Origin: Lingula anatina
Lineage: Eukaryota > Animalia > Brachiopoda
NCBI GenBank assembly: GCA_051362555.1
Contig: CM120641.1
Span: 48,614,401 to 48,678,400, forward strand
Length of the DNA stretch: 64,000 bases
Direction: 5' to 3'
Part shown: positions 13,601 to 26,643 of the stretch, piece after piece
Position numbering within the stretch: the stretch's first letter is position 1
Layout: each line of letters starts with the position of its first letter
Translations under genes and position numbers: made by a program
Notes under the pieces: generated by a model
Databases searched by the model: none
Told to the model about the DNA's origin: nothing
What the model saw: the letters and a program-made list of their open reading frames with translations, nothing else

Positions 13601-15760
13601 GATGCAACATTACATAATGCTTAACGGCATAATGACCATCGATTTTTAATAATAAAATATAAGTGTCATGAATTTTCAGAAAATGTGACTAGCATGGGTC
13701 TTCAAGCCCGTGGTGGTTCTAAGTCACACCTTGGAAATGCCAATATGTGAAAAATTACATTTTCACAAAAAACTGTTTAATTGCCAGAAAAATTTACCAA
13801 ACAGACTGCATTGCCTACTGAAGCTGTATTTTAGACCCATGTTTCTTTCCTGTAAGTTTGAGAACAGTAATTGACACGATTTTCCTTAAATGGTCATCAT
13901 GGGAGCAGTGCCCAAAACAGGGGTTTCTTCAAATTTTGATGCAACATTACATAATGTTTAACAGCATAATGACCATCAATTTTTAATTATAAAATATTAG
14001 TATAACGCATATGCAGAAAATGTGACAAGCAAAGGTCTTCAGGATCATGGAACTTCAAAGTCATACATTGAAAATGCCAATATGTGAAAAATTAAATTTT
14101 CACAAAAAAACTGCTTAACTACCAGAAAAATTTACCAAACAGACTGCATTGCCTACTGAAGCTGTATTTTAGTCCCATGTTTCTTTCCTGTAAGTTTGAG
14201 AACAGTAAGTGACATGACTTTCCTTAAATGGTCATCATGGGAGCAGTGCCCAAAATAGGGATTTCTTCAAATTTTGATGCAATATTACATAATGTTTTAC
14301 AGCATAATGACCATCAATTTTTAATCATAAAATATTAGTATCATGGATATTCAGAAAATGTGACTAGCAATGATCTGCAGGCTCATGGAACTTCAAAGTC
14401 ACATCTTAAAAATGCCAAACTGTAAAAAAGACAGCACTGTTCTGAAATGGGTTTATTTCCATTTTAACACTTTTTAAACAAAACAAAATAAACAGTATAC
14501 TTCCATTTTTATATGACCAACTAAGAAAATTGATGAGATGGGAAAAATATCAATAGAACAGTGTTAAATGTCCAATTTCCTCCATTCTGAGATTCTGAAC
14601 ATAGTTGATGATTGAATCTAACAAACTGCAATATGATATGATATGAGTTTATTTCCATTTTTGACACTTTATTACACAATACACGATATCAAGTTTACCA
14701 TCATTTTTACATAATCAACTAACAATGTTGTAAAGATGCAGGAAATATCAAACAAACACTTTTACGTATCTTATTAGTTAAATAATGAGACTGTTAACAT
14801 GCTTAAGAATTGAATCTGAGGAAATGTGAAAAAACAGCATAACTTCTAAAATAATAACCAGATTATGCTGATTTTCCAACTCAACCTGCATTTTAGTAAG
14901 ATTGACCACTCCTGTAAGTATAATGACAATTGGACTATCTGTTTTTCTTATATAGTGTTATCAGTGTTGCATATATGTTGAAAAAAGTGAAAAAATAGCA
15001 TAACTCCCCTAAAAATGGCTTGATCATGCTGATTTTCGAACTTGATCTGCGGATTATGAATCTTCATCAGTTTTGTAAGTTTGAATCCAAAAAGTAAAGT
15101 GGTTTTCCACTTATCGTGTTATCGGTGCTGCATATATGCTGAAAAAAGTTTAAAAAAACAGCATTACTTCCCTACAAGTCCCCCGATCATGCTGATTTTC
15201 GAACTTGACCTGCGTATTATAAATATTTATCAGTTCTGTAAGTTTCAAGCCAAAAGCCAAAACGGTTTTCCAGTTATCGTGTTATCGGTGCTGTATATAT
15301 GCTGAAAAAAGAGAAAAAATAGCCTAAATTCACTAAAAAATGACCCAATCATGCCGATTTTCGAACTTGACCTGCGTATTATGAATATTCATCAGTTCTT
15401 TAAGTTTCAAGCCAAAAAGTAAAATGGTTTTCCAGTTATCATGTTATCGGTGCTGCATTTATGCTGAAAAAAGAATAAAATTAGCCTAAATTCATTAAAA
15501 ATGACCCAATCACGCTGATTTTGGAACTTGACCTACGTATTATGAATATTCATCAGTTCTGTAAGTTTCAAGCCAAAAAGTAAAACAGTTTTCCATTTAT
15601 CGTGTTATCGGTGCTTCATTTATGCTGAAAAAAGTGAAATAACATGGACATTCAGAAAATGTGACAAGCAAAAGTCTTCAAGATCATGGAACTTTAAAGT
15701 CACACCTTGAAAATGCCAATATGTGAAAAATTAAATTTTCACAAAAAACTGTTTAACTGC

Positions 15761-15807
<47 letters not shown>

Positions 15808-18800
15808 AAACAGACTGCATTGCCTACTGAAGCTGTATTTTAGTCCCATGTTTCTATCCTGTAAGTTTGAGAACAGTAAGTGACATGATTTTCCTTAAAT
15901 GGTCATCATGGAAGCAGTGCCCAAAATGGGGGTTTCTTCAAATTTTGATGCAATATTACATAATGTTTAACAGCTTAATGACCATCAATTTTTAATTATA
16001 AAATATTTGTATCACAGATATTCAGAAAATGTGACTAGTAAAGGTCTTCAGGCCCATGGAACTTCAAAGTCACGCCTTGATAATGCCAAAATGTAAACAA
16101 GACAGCACTGTTCTGAAATGGGTTTATTTCCATTTTTAACACTTTTTTTTAACATAAAACAAAATAAACATTTTACTGCCATTTTTATATGTCCAACTAA
16201 GAAAATTGATGAGATGGGAAAAGTATCAATAGAACAGTGTTAAATGTCCAATTTCCTCCATTCTGAGATTCTGAACATAGTGGATGATTGAATCTGACAA
16301 ACTGCAATGATATGAGTTTATTTCCATTTTTGACACTTTATTACACAATACATGATAACAAGTTTACCATGTTTTTTACATAATCAACTAACAATGTTGT
16401 AAAGATGCAGGAAATATCAAACAAACACTTTTAGGCATCTTATTAGTTAAATAATGAGACTGTTAACATGCCTAATAATTGAATCTGAGGAAATGTGAAA
16501 AAACAGTATAACTTCTTAAGTAATGGCCCGATTATGCTTATTTTCGAACTCAACCTGCGTTTTAGTAAGATTGACCACTCCTGTGAGTATAATTACAATT
16601 GGCCAATCCGTTTTTCTTATATTGTGTTATCAGTGTTGCATTTATATTGAAAATAGTGAAAAAACAGCATAAATTAACCCAATCATGCTGATTTTCGAAC
16701 TTGACCTGCGTATTATGAATATTCATCAGTTCTGTAAGTATCAAGTCAAAAGGTAAAATGGTTTTCCAGTTATCGTGTTATCGGTGCTGCATACATGCTG
16801 AAAAAAGTGAAAAAACAGCATAAATTCCCTAAAATTGACCCGATCATGCTGATTTTCGAACTTGACCTGCGTATTATGAATATTCATCAGTTCTGTAAGT
16901 TTCAAGTCAAATGGTAAAATGGTTTTCCACTTATCGTGTTATCGGTGCTGCATGTATGCTGAAAAAAGTGAAAAAACAGCATAAATTCCCTAAAAGTGAC
17001 CCGATCATGCTGATTTTCGAACTTGACCTGCGTATTAGGAATATTCATCGGTTCTGCAAGTTTCAAATCAAAAGGTAAAATGGTTTTCCACTTATCGTGT
17101 TATCGGTAAAAGTGCACGGCGACGGCGGCGACGACGGCGACGGCGACGACAGACGCAGATGATGGCTATATGTACAGACACATCTGTGTCTGTACATAAA
17201 AAGCACTATATAATTAAAGGGATAATAACTCTTCGTATGAGATCTATTTTTCATAATAAAAACATTGTGAATAACTCATAGAAATATAATATATTCTGTT
17301 TTACCACAAAAACGGCAGTTATAGCTATTTTTTCTGATATCTGAGCTTGTCTTCAGATCATGTGACCTCCATTGATGGCTATACTCTGTTAAAATCTCTT
17401 AAGAGATTTTAACAAAAAACCAAACTTTTTAGAAAAAAAACCCGGGAATAACTTTGAATATAAAAATGGATTCATTAACCATTGGTAAGTTTGGGAAAAT
17501 TGTTGTTTACTCCAGGAAAATTCATTTTTTGGCCGAAACGAAGAGTTATTATCCCTTTAACAGTACCAGTCCAACCATTCAAACATTTTTTCATTTACTA
17601 TTTTTAAGTCAATGTAATAGCAGTAACTTACCCCACCAAAGCATCAGATGATAGGACTTGTTTTGTTTCTCTTTGTATAGCATGGACATAAACATCAGTT
17701 CTACAAAGAAAAGGTTTCATGACAAATAATTTGTATTGTGTGTAAATATGTGATAATTCCTGTATTTGTGACAGTAGTTATTAGCAGTGTTTATTAGCTA
17801 TGTGTATTATTTATGTGATATACTGTACTTCTATCTCTACTTTAGAATATTTCCTTATATTATAAATGTGCTCTACTTAAATTCATTTTATGGCAAAAAA
17901 ATCAAAGATTTTTATGGTGATAGGGATTATAATTAAAATATCAGATGCAGCAGACTGCAGGTGATAATCTACATGTATATATCAATGTCCAAAACACTAG
18001 TCCAATCTTCATGAACACATACCAGGGAAAAACAATAACTCAAAATTCTAGAATACTTTATTTCTTAAATGAACTTAACATTTAAATAAGAAAGTGGATG
18101 TAATTAAAAACCCAAGTTCTTACCTATCTATTTTGAGGTTACTACTACTACTACTCCCTGTAGGGTCATGTTCTACAAACTTGTCCACATTAATGATAGC
18201 TCCAGTGATGTTGGAGAGATATCTGGAAACATAGGGCCATGAAAAACATTCCAATCAAAGCATGCTATTCAATACTGTATCAAGAAGACAATGACAAAGT
18301 GATTTCATTATTATCATAGTATAGTATGGACTATCAGTAATTAATTAAAGTAAGTGAAATTAAATCACATACTGAATGGCAACGTACAGGTGGTATAGGC
18401 TATGCTGTTTTGTGCATCTCCCAGGGTCAGGGTCAACTGTCACTGCTGTCATTTGACAGAAGTCACCTGTAGGTCAGTCTCCAGTACGTGATTTAATCTT
18501 TCTTTTACACAATTGTTAAAAACTGTCATTTTTCCAATCTTTGCTTACTCTTCAAGTTCTCTCTTCTTCAGTCTGACCTCATCTGGAGTACCAGGTAAAA
18601 CAATCTTGATCTGCTGATTGGAACCTATCAAATAAATCTGAAAAATAAACAGCATACTGTTTACACATACATACTTCAAACTCACAATATTACTGATGTC
18701 CAGAAGTACAGAAAATAATCATCATCTATTCTATAAGTTACATAGCAAGAATCTGGCAGTCATTAAATTAAACTGTCATGCATGATAACATCCCCTTAAC

Positions 18801-21800
18801 ATAAGTCTTGGAACAAACAAACAAGTGAATAAATAAGTAAATAAACGATTAAAACAAAGTGAATAAATAAGTAAATAAGCGAATAAACAAATGGAGCATA
18901 TATTCCTTCAACAGTACCATAACAATGAATATAATGAATTATTATAACTGTGAAGAGCTGAGAATTAATTGAAGCATGTTACATTCATAATACCAATGAC
19001 TGTTTCATACCGATACTTTGGCCTTGTCATTGTACCCTCCAGAATCATTGACATATACAAAGAAGTCGACATAGCCGAACATGTCACTCTCAAAGTACAT
19101 GTCAGACTTGACATTGCCACTGAGGTCCACCAGGAAAGGGTTTTTGCTGCCTATCTTCTGTTTCAGATCACTACTGATGTTCATACTGCCAGGCACCATG
19201 TAAAACTGGACACGGCTGTTGTTGCCTATGTCACGGTCCACCACTTCATTCTGGGAAATGAGGAGAGAACATTACTACTGATGAAGTATTAAATGACCCT
19301 GATATACAGGGGTAGTAATATAGATATAGGTGTAGGACCCCCCTCCCCCAGCCAGTTATGTTGCCCTCTGACACTTTTTTTTACACAAGCACATGCATAC
19401 ATACATGCACATACCCACCCACAATTCTATGCAAAAGAGATAAGGGTGAAATACATATATACTCATCTGCTCATTGAATGTACAGAGGTTCTCAGCATTG
19501 CTTCAATCTTGGTATCAATAACCAAAAGAAACAATACATACCTTCAGCTCTAATATTGTAGCAGGGGGCTCCACTTCTTTAGTGATGCCGGCAGTGAAGA
19601 GGTGCTTATTAAACGTGGGTGGGTTGTCATTGACATCTTGAACCTGGACCTCAATAACAACCTGAGCATCTTTGTTCTTAGTGGTTGGTTCATTAGCGCA
19701 GTCGTTACTGGCTTCCACAACCAGTGTGTACCTTGCTGTCTTTTCACGGTCAAGGGACATATTTGTCTTTAAGCTTATGTTGGCCTTGGAATCGGTATAA
19801 TTTACCTCGAAAAGTGTCTTGTTTCCCTCTAAAAATATAATTTGCAATTTTGCTAAAAAATTGAACTGAAAAAGGAGATAGTTTGAGACAGAATTTTGGG
19901 AGACACAAATCAAAATTCAAGATGCTCCTGGGCAGCTTTAAGGGCCAATTCTAAAGTGACCATTGAGCATAAAACATCAACATCATCATCTCATCAGCAC
20001 ATGATGTCAGGGCTAGGTTTTAACAGGCAACAAATGCTTCATCTTACTCATTATGTTTCTTACATATTTCTTCTACATTTTTAGGCCAGTATTTCTCAGC
20101 AGTGCGCCAACTGATGTTCATCTTTATATAAGAAACCATGCCTAGGTTAAATTTGCTGGTTATGACTCTGTATGCAAACATATTTAGCAAATGCCATGCA
20201 TTATTAATATCCCTTGGCAAATTTTAAAGTTTGCAGCATATTTAGAACAAACTAAACAGTTTGCAGAATTACAGTTTGCAAGAAAGTTTGCAAGCAAGTC
20301 TCCAGGCCTCATTTGTATGCTAATATTCCTTCCTGCAAATTTGCAGAAAATGTGCTGCAAATTTAAGTGTGCTAACAGATATCACTATAAAACAATTCTC
20401 ACCCCTTTTCCAGGAGTGATCTACTTACCTACAATCCAATAACAGATTACTGCAGCTACATCTTCATCGTCTGCCTTAAGATTACTGAAAACCCTGGCAC
20501 CCTTTTTATTTTCTTCCACATATTTAGTAATGGAAGGCATGGGATACTTTTCACGGTCAAAGGTAGGCTCATGATCATTAATGTCAAGGATGAGTATAAT
20601 TACATCCACCTGAGAGGACAATGCCTTCCCTAATGGAGCATGATCATATGCCTCTACTCGGACCTAAAAGTTATTTAAAATATAGTAAAACATTTATACC
20701 ACTATTCTAACAGGATTCTACATCATTTCATATCATGGCATGACATTTATCAAGGAAACAAAAAAGGTGATTGTAATTCAATGATGAAATGCACATTTTT
20801 AGAACAAGTATGTAAAAAATAACTGTACACGAAACAGAGGCTCCGCTTCTGACATGTATATCATCTCAAATATCAATTCTTATCCATTTCAAATATCCAC
20901 ACAGTACCACATCCTTTAAAATATTCCTCAAAGGGTTATTCTGCCTCAAGACATTGCTTTAAGGACTTTTAACAATAAGTGTTCTACCTTAATAATACAG
21001 ATTTCAATATGGAGTTATACACTAGAGGGAAATTTACTGCTTTTCACAAGTTTTTAAAGTTTGCTTCCCCCTGCTTGGGCATTAGTTACTAACTTTTCGT
21101 GTTTGACTCTCTTTGATACAGCTGTATTACTAAGAAATAAAACTGGATGTAAATAGGTCTTTAAACTACTAGATCGTTCATGATGTGAGGACACATAAGT
21201 TGTACTTACAAACCAATAATACCATGGATACTCACTGTATACTGATTCACTGTCTCTCTGTCCAGCTCCTTTTTTGTTCGTAATACCCCACTTTCTGGGT
21301 CAATTTTAAAGGTTTCATAGCTTTCCTGATAGACTACAGAGTTATTAAGCAGACGGTAGCTGACACGGCCATTTTCTCCAAGGTCAAGGTCAGTAGCTTT
21401 AACTGTGGTGATATTTCCATTGACAGGGAAACTCTAGAATAATAATCATCATATGATACATTCTGATATCATCCAGAAGTGCTGAAAAACTCCTAGGATA
21501 AAAAATTTAACAAATTTAACAGGCAAGCATATTTGTTTTCAGTTTTATAACAGTAAGGTTTGTTTAAAAGTTGCCTTGAAATTTGCAATTCTAGTTTAAA
21601 CATAATACAAAAAATCTTTGCTGTCATGCTTATTATAATAAAAGTGACTACTGTTTACTCTAGAATTAAAAATTCAGTTCTTTTTTAGTAATACTTTGAT
21701 AAAAAAAAAACATTGCAAGGTTAGATAATGCCTAGAAGGTATCAAATGTTTACACACAATCTAGTTACCTCATTAACACTGATGGTTATGGATTTCCATG

Positions 21801-24800
21801 GAAATTTTGGTTCATGGTCATTGACATCAATAACTTGTATCTTCACCTCAGTGCTGCCATTCAGAGGTATAGAGCCATGGTCTGTGGCCTGAATTGTCAT
21901 ATAGAAGGAGCCTTGTTTACCTTTCAGAGATGCATTAGGTTGGACAGCACCAGTTGTGAGATTGATGGCAAACAGTTCAGTTCCGTTGCCAGAGTCTGGG
22001 ACAACAGTATAGGTCAATCTGGAATTGTCTGTCCCAGCCTGATCCCTGTCATTGGCTGTGACGGTTGCTATGACATGGCTCATATCTTCGTCCTCTTCTA
22101 CTTTGAAAAAATATGATTCTTCACTGAATTTTGGGCTCTCATCATTGATGTCTGTTATGTGCACTGTAATCTGGTTTTGAATTTTTCTGCTTGGTGGCTG
22201 ATCCAGATTGTCCCTGGCTTCAATATTGAGCAAGTATGTGCTCTTGTTTTCTCTGTCCAGCTGGCCTGCTACTGTTATAACACCCTAGATAAAATAGGAC
22301 AACAGTGTCAGCAACAGTAAGGTACATCTAACAACAGACTACTTTTATTAAAATTTATTATATTCTACTCATTAAATTACTCAAATTCAATAAACAACAG
22401 AACAGTAAATTTTTTATAATTTTTAGTAAACATTAAAAAAAATAAAAACACCAACAATTTACATCAATACTCACAGTGTTAGGATCAATCCTAAACTTGC
22501 CATTATCGCCACTCTTTATGATATAAGTGACTTTCCCATAGTCACCGTCATCACGATCAGTGGCATTGACAGTCAGCACTGGGGTGTTAACAGGGGCATT
22601 CTCTGGGACACTGGCAGATGTTGGCATATTGTCAACCCATACAGGGTCATTGTCATTAGTATCCATAACAATAACAACCACAGTAGCAGTGCTGGTCAGA
22701 GAGGGTCCTGTGTTACTTGACGGGATATCAACAGCAATGGCTTGAAATTGTTCCTCTGGATGTTGCTCTCTGTCCAGTGGTATTTTCAGAGTAACATCAC
22801 CTAAAATAACCAAATTGTTTTTGGTTGATGCATTTACACAGGAAGATGAAGAAGGCAAAAAAAAAAAAAAAAGAAATCCCCGACTGTTTAAATTTGATGT
22901 AGTTGCTTTTTATCAATGTTCTCAGAATAACTGTATAATTCAAATAATCTTAACCTTGTCTTTTATGAAAGTTAACATATCTAGCATTTTTATATGTACC
23001 AGTACAGCTTCAGTGCACACACTCTACATAAATTATGACACAATATAAACTATAACACAATATATACCATAACCCAATATATACTGAAACCAAATTATCA
23101 CTGATTTTTTATTGCAAATTTTCCTTATAAGAAAAAATTCATTTACAAAAGCTTTCAGACCTTGAACACAAACTAATTTTTTTTTGAAAATTAGACATAA
23201 CTTATCAATTATACCTGTCCAGACAGTTATCTTCAATACACTGTTAACCAGATAAAAAATAAAATAATAATAATAAAAATAAAAAAAAATTAAAAAGGCT
23301 GTATCCAAACAATTACCAGTAAGTGGATTGACTTCAAACTTGGATGTGTTGCTGACTATGCTGAAGTTAACTCGCTGTCCTTGATCTGCGTCCTTGGCCT
23401 TTAGAGTTACAACCCTGCTCCCTTGTTGCCCTGTGGTGGCGCTCTCGTTGACCTGGACAGTGTACATATACTGCACTGTCATATTCTGAGTCATATTCTT
23501 GGTAAAGTTTGCTGGGGGGGACTCAATAAACTCTGGAGGATTGTCGTTATAGTCCAAAAGAGTTATCACTAAAGTGGCTGAAATTATAAAATGTACATCA
23601 AAATAAGTGAAAGGTTCTTGTAACCAGTTATTTTAAAAAGTATTTTCAGTAATTGACCGTTAAAGCTACTCACCAAAAATGTTTTTTTTTTTTTACTTTT
23701 ATAGTTTTGACCTGGACTCAGATTGTTTTCACTTCACCAAGGCTAGATCAGGATAATAAACACAACCAACACAGTTTCAATATATTTAAAAAGGATCAAA
23801 ATAAAATGGCCCTGGTGAAATGTAAAGTAATCCAGCCAATATCAGAACTACACTGAATCCTGATCTGACCTGTGAGGCATTTGCATGGATGGATGGATGT
23901 GCTAGTACAAACCATTCTGGAGAATTAATTAATTAATTATATAATTTCTGCAAATTGTTAATATGAATTACAGGAAAAGTTGTAAATATTTAAGAGACAT
24001 TTATCATTAAAAGATATCATAAATGTTTTAACTGTCATGGTCTACTTCTACAGTATGTCTAGGACCCCATTTCCAGAGATCAGATCGATCTACTATAGAT
24101 TGACCTAACTCTGTGGGGGTTCACGCTAAATAACTGTCAGCCGGGTGGACACGAAAGTTATATACCCCCTTATAGCTTGTAGTAGGCGGGACGGACATTT
24201 AAGCCGGATTATCTGACAGTAATCTAGTGAGACTCCCCGCGGGGATAGATCGATCTAAAAGCTCTGGGAATACAGCCTAGGTCTAAGTCTGAGGGAACAT
24301 TCAGAATAGATGATCCCAGTATTTACTGATCCTCCGACTAAATATGGCCAAGCCCAGTTCAAAAGCAATGCCACTAATTGCATGATGGTCTCCCTGCCTC
24401 CACACTCTCCATCACTGCAGGGGCCTAGCAATTAAACCTCGGCACTAAGATTTAATCCATTAAATGGCGCATGTAGAGGTAAGGAGACCCTCGGGAAGCA
24501 GCAGCATTGCTTTTGAAATGTGGTCAGCCATATTTAGTCAGCTTATCAGTTAGTACTGGGGTCATTTATTCTGAATGGCCCCTGAGTAACCCTAGGGTCC
24601 ATCAGTTTACTAACCTGTGGCTGTCTGAGGTCTGGGGTGAAATGCATTCTGGTCCTCTACTCTGACAGTCAGGGAGACATCGCTCTGATTTTCCCGGTTT
24701 AGTGTGTTCTTCACATACACAGAGCCATTGGTGCTGTGGATGCCAAACCAGCTCTGATAGTTCTGATAAAATTAGAATATTGAAAACAAAATTGTCACAC

Positions 24801-26611
24801 AATAGTTTCAGCATTTGTGGCATCTGCAGTAGAATGGTATCACACAAAGACAACATGAAACAAGGCAGCAAAGCTGTCAAATGTACAGACAAAGAACAGA
24901 AAATAAAGATGCAAATAAGTGAAAAATTAAATTTTCACAAAAAACTATTAAATTGCCAGAAAAATTTACCAAACAGACTGCGTTGCCTATTGAAGTTGTA
25001 TGTTAGACCCATGTTTCTTTCCTGTAAGTTTGAGAACAGTAAGTGACATGATTTCCCTTAAATGGTCATCATAGGAGCAGTGCCCAAAATAGGGGTTTCT
25101 TCAAATTTTGATGCAACATTACATAATATTTAACAGCATAATGACAATCAAATGTTATTAATAAAATATTAGTAACATGGACATTCAGAAAATGTGACAA
25201 GCAAAAGTCTTCAAGATCATGGAACTTTAAAGTCACACCTTGAAAATGCCAATATGTGAAAAATTAAATTTTCACAAAAAACTGTTTAACTGAAAAAAAA
25301 AAAAAAAAAAAACAAAAAAAAAAAAAAAAAAAAAAAACAGACTGCATTGCCTACTGAAGCTGTATTTTAGTCCCATGTTTCTTTCCTGTAAGTTTGAGAA
25401 CAGTAAGTGACATGATTTTCCTTAAATGGTCATCATGGAAGCAGTGCCCAAAATAGGAGTTTCTTCAAATTTTGATGCAATATTACATATGTTTAACAGC
25501 TTAATGACCATCAATTTTTAATTATAAAATATTTGTATCACAGATATTCAGAAAATGTGACTAGCAAAGGTCTTCAGGCCCATGGAACTTCAAAGTCACG
25601 CCTTGAAAATGCCAAAATGTAAACAAGACAGCACTGTTCTGAAATGGGTTTATTTCCATTTTTAACACTTTTTTAACATAAAACAAAATAAACATTTTAC
25701 TGCCATTTTTATATGACCAACTAAGAAAATTGATGAGATGGGAAAAGTATCAATAGAACAGTGTTAAATGTCCAATTTCCTCCATTCTGAGATTCTGAAC
25801 ATAGTGGATGATTGAATCTGACAAACTGCAATGATATGAGTTTATTTCCATTTTTGACACTTTATTACACAATACATGATAACAAGTTTACCATGTTTTT
25901 TACATAATCAACTAACAATGTTGTAAAGATGCAGGAAATATCAAACAAACACTTTTATGCATCTTATTAGTTAAATAATGATCGAGACTGTTAACATGCC
26001 TAATAATTGAATCTGAGGAAATGTGAAAAAAACAGTATAACTTTTAAAATAATGGCCCGATTATGCTGATTTTCGAACTCAACCTGCGTTTTAGTAAGAT
26101 TGACCACTCCTGTGAGTATAATTACAATTGGCCAATCCATTTTTCTTATATTGTGTTATCAGTGTTGCATTTATATTGAAAATAGTGAAAAAACAGCATA
26201 AATTCCCTCAAAATGGCCCAATCATGCTGATTTTCGAACTTGACCTGCGTATTATGAATATTCATCAGTTCTGTAAGTTTCAAGTCAAAAGGTAAAATGG
26301 TTTTCCACTTATCGTGTTATCGGTAAAAGTGCATGGCGACGGCGACGACGGCGACGACAGACGCAGATGATGGCTATATGTACAGACACATCTGTGTCTG
26401 TACATAAAAACAGATACTGTAGGTTAGAATATATATATTAACCTCTAAGATATAAATTCAACACGTTTAACAAAGAACACTTGATACATCCCATAATACT
26501 CAAGTCCTATGAAACCTGACCTATCACATGACAAACAGTGGGACAATTTATATGTGACAATATGGATAGTATATCCAACTTGTACTCGATGATTAATTGG
26601 AATATTTACAG

Positions 26612-26643
<32 letters not shown>

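Noticed and set aside
17214-17560. piggyBac assignment for the TTAA-flanked element
   Set aside because: Termini are AG...CT, not the CC...GG typical of piggyBac; Kolobok fits better
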